Assembly: GCA_964637955.1 (NCBI GenBank)
Contig: CAZWXQ010000003.1
Span: 31,154-95,153, forward strand
Reading direction: 5' to 3'
Length of the DNA stretch: 64,000 bases
Origin: an uncultured Gammaproteobacteria bacterium
GTDB lineage: Bacteria; Patescibacteriota; Microgenomatia; Levybacterales; UBA12049
Shown: in pieces, positions 36,512 through 45,309 of the stretch
Position numbering within the stretch: position 1 is the first letter of the stretch
Layout of the letters: the number at the start of each line of letters is the position of its first letter
Made by a program: the position numbers and the translations under genes
Notes under the pieces: model-generated
Seen by the model: only the letters and a program-made list of their open reading frames with translations
Databases searched by the model: none
Told to the model about the DNA's origin: nothing

Positions 36512-38878
36512 ATGGATCGATTAGTCCCCATCATACCTATCAGAGACGGCATAATTTTCCCAAATACAGATTCAGTTTTGACTTTTGGGAGGCCAAAAAG
36601 TCTTGCAGCTCTCGAAATTTCTTTCTCTCAGGAGCGAGTAGTTTGTTTCGTTCTTCAGAAATCTGCTCGTGTTAACGACCCAAGCCCATCTGATATTTAT
36701 AGAATCGGAACGCTTTGCAGAATAGAGAGAATGATTAAGACTGATGGGGAAATAAATGCTCAAGTTAAAGGTTTGGCAAGAGTAAAAATTGAATCATTCC
36801 ATGAGAATGAAAATTTTCTCATAGGCCACGTTGAAGAATTGTCGGAAGATCTGACAGAGACTCCTGAAATTAAAGCACTTTGCAATCACATAACAAATGA
36901 ATTTAGAAGAGCAATGAATTTAGGGAAAACTGCAGACTTTTTAGTCTTTATGAACATTATGTCTCCTGATAATCCTCCAAATCAGCTCGCAGATTTAGTG
37001 GCTTCAGTTTTGGAATTAAAACCAACTCAGAAACAAGAGCTATTAGAAACAACTGATGTTAAAACCAGGCTTGAAAGAATAAGTGAGCTTTTAGCAAAGG
37101 AAATAAAAGTTTTGGAGCTGGAGAGAAAAATAGCAAGTAAGACTCAAGAAAGATTTGAAAAAGGTGCTAGGGAGGTAATGCTTAGAGAGAGACTTAAAAC
37201 AATTGAAAAAGAGCTTGGAGAAAATGATGAAGACTCAGAAATTCGAGAGCTTATGCAAAAAATAAAGGCTGCAGGAATGCCTGAAGAAATAGAGGAAAAA
37301 GCGAAAAAAGAAGCTAAGAAGTTATCTCAAATGGCACAATTTAATCCTGAAGCAGGATATATAAGAAACTATCTTGATTGGTTAATTGATCTTCCGTGGA
37401 GCAAAGAAACAAGTACAAATATAAATGTTAAGAATGCAGAAAAGCTTCTTGATAAAGAGCACTACGGATTAAAAGATGCTAAAGAAAGAATCGTAGAGTA
37501 TCTTGCGGTTCAGAAGCTAACAGGGAAAATGAGAGGTCCAATCTTGTGCTTTGTGGGTCCTCCAGGTGTAGGAAAAACTTCAATTGGAAAATCAATAGCC
37601 AGCTCTTTGGGTCGTGAGTTCGTAAAAGTTTCGCTTGGAGGAATAAGAGATGAAGCAGAAATTAGAGGACATAGGAGAACTTATGTAGGTGCACTTCCTG
37701 GAAGAATAATTCAGGGTATAAAAGATGCAGGAACAAAAAATCCAGTATTTATGCTTGATGAAATAGATAAAGTAGGAGCAGATTTTAGAGGTGATCCATC
37801 TTCAGCACTTCTTGAAGCTCTTGATCCAGAGCAAAACGGAGCATTTTCAGACCATTATCTAGAAGTTCCATTTGATCTTTCAAATGTTCTATTTATTACA
37901 ACTGCAAATGTCTTATATACAATTCCGCCAGCTCTCAGAGATAGGCTCGAAATCATCAATTTTGCAGGATATACACATGATGAGAAATTCAAAATTGCAA
38001 AAGATTTCCTTATCAAAAAGCAAATGGAAGGTCATGGAATTACTGATAAGGAGATAGAAATAACAGATGAAGGACTTAAATTTATAATAGAACATTATAC
38101 TAGAGAGGCTGGAGTTAGAAATTTGGAGCGTCAAATCGCTAAGCTTCTTAGAAAAGTAGCAAAATCAGTTGCAGAAGGGAAGAAGAAAAAAATCACCATT
38201 GATGCTGCAAATGTGCCTAAATATCTAGGGCCAATTAAAATGAAAGCCACACTTATAGAGAAAAAAGATGAAGTAGGTATGGCTACTGGTCTTGCATGGA
38301 CTGAAGCGGGTGGAGATATTTTGTTTATCGAAGTCGCAATAATGCCGGGAAAAGGAAGTCTAACTTTAACAGGTCAGCTTGGAGATGTCATGAAAGAATC
38401 TTGTCAGGCTGCAATGAGTTATATTCGCGCTAAAGGAATTGAGTTTGGATTGTCTCCAAAATTTTTCCAGAAAATTGATGTTCATGTTCATGTTCCTGAA
38501 GGAGCAGTTCCTAAAGATGGTCCATCGGCCGGAGACACTATTACCACAGCTATCGTTTCAGCGCTAACTAAGATTCCAGTAAAAAGAACTGTGGGGATGA
38601 CTGGCGAAGTTACGCTTCGAGGAAGAGTGCTTGAAATCGGTGGGGTTAAGGAAAAAGTGATTGCAGCGCACCGTGCAGGGCTTAAAACCATAATTCTGCC
38701 AAAAGATAATAAAAAAGATCTCGTAGATGTACCAAAAGAAGTATTAAGAGATCTCGATTTTAAATTCGTTTCTCATATGGATGAAGTTCTTGATATCGCT
38801 TTGGTCAAACAACTTCCTAGAGCACATGCTGTTGAACGAACTGTTTTGCATGCTCCTTCTCCTACCCAGGCAGATTAA
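36512..38878 (+). CDS. lon: ATP-dependent Lon protease
   Basis: Lon N-domain start (VPIIPIRDGIIFP), Walker A GPPGVGKTS, catalytic PKDGPSAGDT Ser-Lys dyad region. Confidence 0.95.
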   Translation: MDRLVPIIPIRDGIIFPNTDSVLTFGRPKSLAALEISFSQERVVCFVLQKSARVNDPSPSDIYRIGTLCRIERMIKTDGEINAQVKGLARVKIESFHENENFLIGHVEELSEDLTETPEIKALCNHITNEFRRAMNLGKTADFLVFMNIMSPDNPPNQLADLVASVLELKPTQKQELLETTDVKTRLERISELLAKEIKVLELERKIASKTQERFEKGAREVMLRERLKTIEKELGENDEDSEIRELMQKIKAAGMPEEIEEKAKKEAKKLSQMAQFNPEAGYIRNYLDWLIDLPWSKETSTNINVKNAEKLLDKEHYGLKDAKERIVEYLAVQKLTGKMRGPILCFVGPPGVGKTSIGKSIASSLGREFVKVSLGGIRDEAEIRGHRRTYVGALPGRIIQGIKDAGTKNPVFMLDEIDKVGADFRGDPSSALLEALDPEQNGAFSDHYLEVPFDLSNVLFITTANVLYTIPPALRDRLEIINFAGYTHDEKFKIAKDFLIKKQMEGHGITDKEIEITDEGLKFIIEHYTREAGVRNLERQIAKLLRKVAKSVAEGKKKKITIDAANVPKYLGPIKMKATLIEKKDEVGMATGLAWTEAGGDILFIEVAIMPGKGSLTLTGQLGDVMKESCQAAMSYIRAKGIEFGLSPKFFQKIDVHVHVPEGAVPKDGPSAGDTITTAIVSALTKIPVKRTVGMTGEVTLRGRVLEIGGVKEKVIAAHRAGLKTIILPKDNKKDLVDVPKEVLRDLDFKFVSHMDEVLDIALVKQLPRAHAVERTVLHAPSPTQAD

Positions 38879-38930
38879 TTTAGAGATTTACAATATTCTT
38901 TACTAAAGTGATAGATTATCCACTCTTGCA

Positions 38931-38961
38931 CTTTAATTACCCGCAGAGATTGTAATTAAAG
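38931..38961 (+). terminator. 10-bp inverted repeat CTTTAATTAC-n11-GTAATTAAAG after lon (hairpin; terminator or regulatory)
   Basis: Starts 53 nt after the lon stop. No clean U-run follows. Confidence 0.35.
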
Positions 38962-39033
38962 CACTGCGCATTTAAGCCAATTGGTTAGCTTAAGCGCTTG
39001 ACAACATAAATAATTTCTGACAACAATTAGTTA

Positions 39034-39165
39034 ATGGCAAAAAAGAAAACAAAAGTAAAAAAAGTAGCTTCTTCGCGTGAAAAAACTTATGGAGGATTTA
39101 CGCAGTTTCAATTAATAGTCATCTTTTCAGTCTTTATAGTCTTCATGGCTTTCTTCTTAATGTAG
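39034..39165 (+). CDS. Candidate small tail-anchored membrane protein (43 aa)
   Basis: MAKKKTKVKKVASSREKTYGGFTQFQLIVIFSVFIVFMAFFLM: basic N-terminus plus a single C-terminal TM. Below the ORF-track cutoff. Preceded by a TGACAACA direct repeat. Confidence 0.3.
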   Translation: MAKKKTKVKKVASSREKTYGGFTQFQLIVIFSVFIVFMAFFLM

Positions 39166-39551
39166 CTTCCTTGATAGATCTAGCTTGATATAGCTTATAT
39201 ATCTCGAAGAATTTTGTTTATCAGGATGACTGGTTAAAAATTAGAATTGATGATTTCGAAGAAGAGGGAGCGCAAAATAAATACACTGTTCTTGAGCGAC
39301 CGGAAGCAATTGTAATTAGTACAATTAGTCCTATATAGCTTTTATTTCATATTGTCAAACTATGGGGCTAAGTGCCTCGTAGGCATAAGCACATGAATGT
39401 TGCAATATTTCTTTTTGCAGTACTCAGGAGTTAAAATCCTCTGCAAGCGCTTACTTACAAAAAATCTAGCAATGTTAGACTTGCTTGTGAGTAGCCCAAA
39501 TATTTCAGGATTGGAACCAAATACGGAAGTCCTTGGAGGATTGGAAAGAGA

Positions 39552-40214
39552 TTATGCAGCCGAAGCTTCAGCCTGAGTCCCTGCAGTACTACCATTAGCT
39601 TGTGGAACTTCTAAATTCATGACTTGAGAAAGATAAGCTTTAGAGGAGGGTACGAGATGCTGTAATGGTAATTTGCTTATAAATACAAAGTAATCAGAGT
39701 TTGGAACTAGCTTTGGTTCATATCCCGCTTCTCTAAGAGATTTTGCGTCAAACATTAGCTCTATAAATCTTTGCTCTGGTTGTTCAAATTGATAACCTTC
39801 AGGAAATGCTCCTCCCCACCACCTATGTGGATCATGAGAGCCAGTCCAAGTCCCATCTGATTTTCCGATCATTCCGCCATTTTCTCTAATTGCATATTCA
39901 ACCCAGCCACTTTGAGTGATATGAACTAAAAAATTTGGCCTATCCGATCCTTCTTGATCAAATTTATTTTGTCTGTAATATTTATATGCGTGACTCGGGT
40001 CATTGTAATCATAGGTAGATCCATCTGGGAGAGTAATTCTCATTGCTGTTGACTTGGGGTGTCCAGCTGCTGCAAGCGGATTGTATCCCCATTCCCATTG
40101 ATCTTTAAGCCATTCTTGAACCAATGAGTCTTTAGGATCAAAGACAGTTAAGCCACTCTCTTTAGATATTGATGGTAAAGTATCTGGACTTAGTCCTTCT
40201 CCTGACTCTGGCAT
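39552..40214 (-). CDS. Hypothetical protein (220 aa), compositionally atypical
   Basis: Single open frame with higher GC and W/G/P-rich sequence. No motif. Confidence 0.5.
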   Translation of the reverse strand: MPESGEGLSPDTLPSISKESGLTVFDPKDSLVQEWLKDQWEWGYNPLAAAGHPKSTAMRITLPDGSTYDYNDPSHAYKYYRQNKFDQEGSDRPNFLVHITQSGWVEYAIRENGGMIGKSDGTWTGSHDPHRWWGGAFPEGYQFEQPEQRFIELMFDAKSLREAGYEPKLVPNSDYFVFISKLPLQHLVPSSKAYLSQVMNLEVPQANGSTAGTQAEASAA

Positions 40215-40326
40215 AAATCAACTCTAGCATTTAAATGTGAAATAAGTCAAAAGCAAAGTTTAGTGGAACCAAAATAGCATCAAATTTTAAATAAAACTTG
40301 GAGAAGTTGGCAAAATAAGCCTTGAG

Positions 40327-40400
40327 TACCCCGTAGGGGAGTTGAACCCCTGATTTTCGGAATGAGAATCCGACGTCCTTGGCCACTAGACGAACGGGGC
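40327..40400 (-). tRNA. tRNA-Glu (anticodon CUC)
   Basis: Manual fold. Acceptor GCCCCGT/ACGGGGT, D-arm GTCT...GGAC, anticodon arm TCGGA-TTCTCAT-TCCGA, T-arm AGGGG-TTCAACT-CCCCT, discriminator A. 74 nt. Confidence 0.85.
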
Positions 40401-40428
40401 AAGTTAAATTATATTTTACCTTAAATTG

Positions 40429-40450
40429 AGGCTTAAATCCAGCAAATTAT
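40429..40450. repeat. 22-bp perfect direct repeat AGGCTTAAATCCAGCAAATTAT, copy 1
   Basis: Identical to 41680-41701. Lies 29-50 bp upstream of the tRNA-Glu 5' end and 16 bp after the stop of ORF 40467-41606. Confidence 0.7.
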
Positions 40451-40466
40451 CTTCAAAGAGCGTTTA

Positions 40467-41606
40467 TTATGAGGGCTTATTAAACATCGCTTGTGCGATA
40501 TCTTTTGGTTTTACTCCTTGATAATATGCATCTGTCGCACTTTTCGCTATCCCAGAAATTTTATCAGCGAGGAGTGGTCCATCGGTCGGCATAGCTCTAA
40601 ATGCATGTGCAAGAACAAATGGCAAATGGTCACGCGCTCTATCAAGTCTCTCTGAAGCAAATGTTTCTGCTAAGCCTCTCATCCAAGTATCTGGATCAAA
40701 AAAATCAAATTCTCTTGGGCTTGGAGCAGGTGGAATATCTGTAATACCATGTTGTCTTAAAAAAACCTCTATTCCCTGCATAACTTCGGATCCGGCAATG
40801 CTTACTTCGTTAGCATTAATGTTATTTGGAGGTATTCCTAACTGAGGAAGCAAGCGAATTAATATTGGAAAATCTATCGGATTTAACCAATGTTGGTTTT
40901 GTGCGAAATACTGTCCGTATTTTGCAGAATCAAGAATAGATATGAAGTCATAAATTTTTGACTCTATATTTGAATCGTATGAAGGTTGAGCCAGATAATA
41001 GTATGCCCAATGCATCTCTTTCATAAATTCCATTTGCGGATTTGGAATGTTCTCTAAGGCATCAAGAGTCTTGATTGCCTTTTTCCCTACATCTATAACT
41101 AATTCCTGACCTTTTCCTTGGACATATCCCCTGAACCTTCTAGCTAGATTAGGTGAAAATCGATCTACAACTTTTTCAACTCTTGAAACCCAGGGTTTAA
41201 TAGCTGCGATATCACCTGCTGTCGGGAGCTTTACAGGTACCTCAGGGTATCTATTGTGAGCAATTACGCTTGTAACCATTGGAAGAAATGGGTAAAGTTC
41301 CTCTGGAGGTTTTATGTCAGTGAGTTCTTGCGTACTCACGTTTCCAGTTAGTTCTCCAACTGCTCTTCCAAGATTTCCTATTCCTTCCCAATTTAAAGGT
41401 AATGAAAATATATTTACATCTTCGGGCTGCGCTTTAGGTGCATCGTAATTTGCCAACCAAGTTCTAATTCGCACTAAGTCTCTAGTTTCACTGGGAGTTT
41501 GTGGATAAGGGTTTTGGGGGTTTTTTCTTTCAATCTCTTCATCAAAACTGGCCTCTTCAAATCCTGTAGGATCTGGTAAAGGAACTTGCTCGCCAAACTC
41601 ACTCAT
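40467..41606 (-). CDS. Hypothetical protein (379 aa), compositionally atypical
   Basis: Single long open frame, higher GC, bracketed by the 22-bp direct repeats. Confidence 0.55.
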   Translation of the reverse strand: MSEFGEQVPLPDPTGFEEASFDEEIERKNPQNPYPQTPSETRDLVRIRTWLANYDAPKAQPEDVNIFSLPLNWEGIGNLGRAVGELTGNVSTQELTDIKPPEELYPFLPMVTSVIAHNRYPEVPVKLPTAGDIAAIKPWVSRVEKVVDRFSPNLARRFRGYVQGKGQELVIDVGKKAIKTLDALENIPNPQMEFMKEMHWAYYYLAQPSYDSNIESKIYDFISILDSAKYGQYFAQNQHWLNPIDFPILIRLLPQLGIPPNNINANEVSIAGSEVMQGIEVFLRQHGITDIPPAPSPREFDFFDPDTWMRGLAETFASERLDRARDHLPFVLAHAFRAMPTDGPLLADKISGIAKSATDAYYQGVKPKDIAQAMFNKPS

Positions 41607-41679
41607 AAATTTATTATATAAGTACCTAGCTTAAAGTAAAATATATCAGGAATAGTTAAGTAGTAATCTTGTTATTTTT

Positions 41680-41701
41680 AGGCTTAAATCCAGCAAATTA
41701 T
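41680..41701. repeat. 22-bp perfect direct repeat AGGCTTAAATCCAGCAAATTAT, copy 2
   Basis: Identical to 40429-40450. Lies 74-95 bp upstream of the ORF 40467-41606 start. Confidence 0.7.
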
Positions 41702-41832
41702 ATTTGTTAAGGAATGAATTTTTTCGTATAATTATTGAATGAATAAATCCCGCACCAATTCTATGCGAGATATTAAATATGCAAAAAAAAATAAAGAACA
41801 AATCATTTTTATGAAATGGGGGATATTTTAAT

Positions 41833-42594
41833 ATGGTGCGGGATAAAGTTCATCTATCCGTAATTATTCCTTCATATAATGAGAAAGCTAACCTTCGAAA
41901 AGGAGTTTTAGACAAAATCGATCATTATCTATCGCGCCAAAAATATAGCTGGGAAGTCATAATAGTTGATGATGGATCAAGCGACGGAAGCTATGAGTTT
42001 GTCGAAGAATTTACGAAAGATAATAAAAAATTTAGAGTGATTAAGGGAGAACACTCTGGAAAGGCCGGCGCAGTAGTAAAAGGAATTCTGGATGCTCATG
42101 GAAAAATAAGACTTTTTACTGATATGGATCAGGCTACTCCGATTGAAGAAGTTGAAAAAATGCTTCCATTTTTTGAAGATGGATTTGATATTGTGATTGG
42201 TTCACGTACTGCACGTTCAGGGTCACCGCTATCAAGGAGGGTGATGTCTAAAAGTATGATCATTCTTAGAAAAATGACCGTAGGGATCACTGAGATTGAA
42301 GATACTCAGTGTGGTTTTAAAATGTTCTCCGAAGAAGCTGCAAAAAAACTCTTCACAAAATTATCAGAGATTCATCAAGGTTTTTCGCAAATTAACGGAT
42401 CAAATGTTACTGCAGGATTTGATGTGGAACTACTTTTAATCGCGAGTAAGCTTGGATATAAAATAAAAGAAGTGCCAGTAGAATGGCTGTATGTTGAGTC
42501 GAGAAGAGTTAGTCCGATTAAAGATTCTATCAATGGACTTTTAGATCTTTTGGAAATTTCTTCAAATAGGCTTGCTGGCAAATACAATATATGA
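41833..42594 (+). CDS. Family 2 glycosyltransferase (polyprenol-phosphate sugar transferase, DPM1-like)
   Basis: LSVIIPSYNE, IVDDGSSDGS, TDMDQ (DxD) motifs. Confidence 0.8.
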   Translation: MVRDKVHLSVIIPSYNEKANLRKGVLDKIDHYLSRQKYSWEVIIVDDGSSDGSYEFVEEFTKDNKKFRVIKGEHSGKAGAVVKGILDAHGKIRLFTDMDQATPIEEVEKMLPFFEDGFDIVIGSRTARSGSPLSRRVMSKSMIILRKMTVGITEIEDTQCGFKMFSEEAAKKLFTKLSEIHQGFSQINGSNVTAGFDVELLLIASKLGYKIKEVPVEWLYVESRRVSPIKDSINGLLDLLEISSNRLAGKYNI

Positions 42595-43766
42595 ACTTAG
42601 GAAAATATTTTCCGTTGACTTTTGTAATTGTTATTTTTGCGCTGTTTATTTATTCTTTCACCCAAATAGATTTAGGATTAACCTTCTCACATTATCCAAT
42701 TCTTCATAATATCGAAATGGGTTTTAAAGAGATAGGTTATTTTAGAAGACCTGTTTCAACAGGAATTTATTTGATAATAATCTCTCTTTTATTTTTATAT
42801 TTTGGATATTTTTTGAAAGTAAGTTTGAAAAAAGAAATTAAAATAAATTTAATTTGGAAAATATTAATAGTTACTTCGGTTGTTCTCTCTTTTTCTTATG
42901 TAGCTTTTTCTCATGATTTATTCAATTATATTTTTGACGCAAAAATAATTACTTTTTATCATGAGAATCCATATTTTCATCCAGCGCTAGATTTTCCCGG
43001 AGATCCTATGCTTTCATTTATGCATTGGACCCATAGGCTATATCCATACGGACCATTTTGGCTGGCAATTACTGTGCCATTTTCATTTGCAGGCTTTGGT
43101 GTATTTCTTGTTAATTTTTTCTTATTTAAATTTATAGCAACCATTTTTTATTTAGGTTCTGTATTTTTAATATATAAAATTAATAAAAAAATAAATCCCG
43201 GTTCTGAAATATTCAATACAGTTTTATTTGCTTTTAACCCACTTATTTTAATTGAATGCCTAGTTTCTTCTCACAATGATATAGCTATGGTATTTTTCGC
43301 ACTTCTTGGAATTTATTGTTATTTCATAAATAAAAAAATACTTGGACTTTTAATAATTTTATTATCATCGCAAATAAAAATTCCAACAATTGCATTGCTT
43401 TTTCCGGCAATCGTGGGATTTCTTCCTATAAAATCTTTAAACTTTAGTCCACAAAAATTTGTAATTACTTCAGTCGCAGTTATGACATTTATTACATTTG
43501 CAGCGCTAACCAAATATGAAATTCAACCATGGTATATTCTTTGGGTATTGCCATTTGTTTCCCTGTTAAAACCAAACAAATATGTTGTCAGTCTTGTTTT
43601 TGGAATTTCCTTAGGTCTCCTTTTGAGATACACAGTTTTTCTTTATGCTGGAAATTGGGATGGAATTTTAATATCTGTAAGAAATGCTTTAACGATTATG
43701 TCGATTGGATTATCACTCATTGTTGGCTTTGTTTGGAGCAAGAAAAAAGGATATAATCTAAGCTGA
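42591..43766 (+). CDS. Polytopic membrane protein, probable GT-C-type glycosyltransferase
   Basis: ~11 TM segments within a glycosylation operon. No soluble domain. Family uncertain. Confidence 0.45.
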   Translation: MNLGKYFPLTFVIVIFALFIYSFTQIDLGLTFSHYPILHNIEMGFKEIGYFRRPVSTGIYLIIISLLFLYFGYFLKVSLKKEIKINLIWKILIVTSVVLSFSYVAFSHDLFNYIFDAKIITFYHENPYFHPALDFPGDPMLSFMHWTHRLYPYGPFWLAITVPFSFAGFGVFLVNFFLFKFIATIFYLGSVFLIYKINKKINPGSEIFNTVLFAFNPLILIECLVSSHNDIAMVFFALLGIYCYFINKKILGLLIILLSSQIKIPTIALLFPAIVGFLPIKSLNFSPQKFVITSVAVMTFITFAALTKYEIQPWYILWVLPFVSLLKPNKYVVSLVFGISLGLLLRYTVFLYAGNWDGILISVRNALTIMSIGLSLIVGFVWSKKKGYNLS

Positions 43767-45307
43767 TGAATCTAATATTAAAATATAAAAAGGAAATTGT
43801 TGTTTCGGTAGGATTAATTGCTATATATTTTTTTTCCAGACTTATTCATTTAGGAAATTTTCCAATTTTTACAGATGAAGCCATTTATGTAAGGTGGGCT
43901 CAGATAGCTTCAAATGATGCTGCTTGGCGATTTATTTCATTAACAGATGGAAAGCAGCCGATGTTTGTTTGGGTGGCAATGATTCTAATTAAAGTAATTG
44001 AGGATCCTCTTCTGGCATCTCGAATAGTCTCTGTTTTTGCAGGATTTTTTACTCTTTTTGGGCTCTGGTTTTTATCATTTGAGCTTTTTAAGGATAAAAA
44101 AATCGCATTTTTAACAGCGTTTCTATATATCTGTTTTCCTTTTGCTGTAGTTTATGACAGGCTGGCTCTTTATGACAGCATGGTCGGTGCGTTTGCAGTT
44201 TGGGCAGCATACATCTCAATTCTTCTTGTTAGAAAAATAAGACTTGATGTTGCTTTTATTTTAGGATTTGTTTTAGCTGGAGGAATGCTAACAAAATCAA
44301 ATGCAAATTTCAGTATTTTAATGCTTCCTTTTACGCTTATTCTTTTTAATTTTAAGAAGTTTAAAAAGATAAATCTAGTTAAATGGGCTGTTTTTGCTTT
44401 TATTGCAGTAGCTATGGCAGAAGTATTTTATAATGCTCTTAGACTTTCTCCGTTTTTTCATATTATTGCTGAAAAAAATGTTACTTTTGTGTATCCAATA
44501 TCAGAATGGATTAATCACCCATTTACTTTCTTCTTCGGAAATTTAAAAGGGCTATCTGGATGGCTCTTTACTTACTTAACACCTTTATTTGTTCTTGCTA
44601 TTGTTCTATCATTCTTTTCAAAAACATATATAAAAGAAAAGATTTTATTATTGCTTTATTTTCTAGCACCTTATATTGCTCTTGCGCTTTTTGGAAAAGT
44701 AATATTCCCACGGCATATATTCTTCACAAGTCTTTATCTTCTCCCTTTGGTATCAGTTGGGATATTTTTGATAATAAATTTTCTAAATAATTATTTTCAG
44801 AAAAGAAAGCTTAATGTTGGCAATGTTGTAGCTGGATTAGTGATTCTTGCCTTTACAATTTATCCAATTAAAATTTCTTTAGATTTCATATTTAATCCTA
44901 TGCATGCTGCTATTGCAAATTCAGATAGGGGACAGCTTATTGCTGATTGGCCATCTGGTGGCGGAGTAAAAGAATCTGTCGTGTTTTTTAATGAGCAAGC
45001 AAAAAATGGACCAATTTTCATTGGTACTCAAGGGACATTTGGATTAATGCCAGCTAGTTTAGATATTTATCTTAGTAAAAATCCAAATGTTAGAACAAAG
45101 GGATATTGGCCAGTTGGTGAAGAAATTCCAGAAGATGTCCTGAAAATGGCTTCTAAAATGCCTACATACTTTATATTTTATCAGCCATGTGGAGCTTGTA
45201 AATTTTCAGGAGAAGCACCTGCAGATTGGCCCGTCACGCCAATAAAAAGAATACAAAAATCAGATAATGTATTTTATACTATTTATAAAGTAAATCCAAA
45301 TAACTAG
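43766..45307 (+). CDS. GT39/ArnT-like (PMT_2-type) membrane glycosyltransferase
   Basis: N-terminal TM followed by an FTDEAIYVRWA loop with the DE motif; polytopic. Confidence 0.55.
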   Translation: MNLILKYKKEIVVSVGLIAIYFFSRLIHLGNFPIFTDEAIYVRWAQIASNDAAWRFISLTDGKQPMFVWVAMILIKVIEDPLLASRIVSVFAGFFTLFGLWFLSFELFKDKKIAFLTAFLYICFPFAVVYDRLALYDSMVGAFAVWAAYISILLVRKIRLDVAFILGFVLAGGMLTKSNANFSILMLPFTLILFNFKKFKKINLVKWAVFAFIAVAMAEVFYNALRLSPFFHIIAEKNVTFVYPISEWINHPFTFFFGNLKGLSGWLFTYLTPLFVLAIVLSFFSKTYIKEKILLLLYFLAPYIALALFGKVIFPRHIFFTSLYLLPLVSVGIFLIINFLNNYFQKRKLNVGNVVAGLVILAFTIYPIKISLDFIFNPMHAAIANSDRGQLIADWPSGGGVKESVVFFNEQAKNGPIFIGTQGTFGLMPASLDIYLSKNPNVRTKGYWPVGEEIPEDVLKMASKMPTYFIFYQPCGACKFSGEAPADWPVTPIKRIQKSDNVFYTIYKVNPNN

Positions 45308-45309
45308 AG

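Noticed and set aside
39166-39551. RNase P RNA, tmRNA or SRP RNA
   Set aside because: This was the most GC-structured long gap, but none of the universally conserved blocks were found by eye there or elsewhere in the window. The blocks looked for were GGAAAGTCCGGGCTCCA of RNase P, the tmRNA tag and T-arm-like terminus, and SRP domain IV GGAA/AGCAG.
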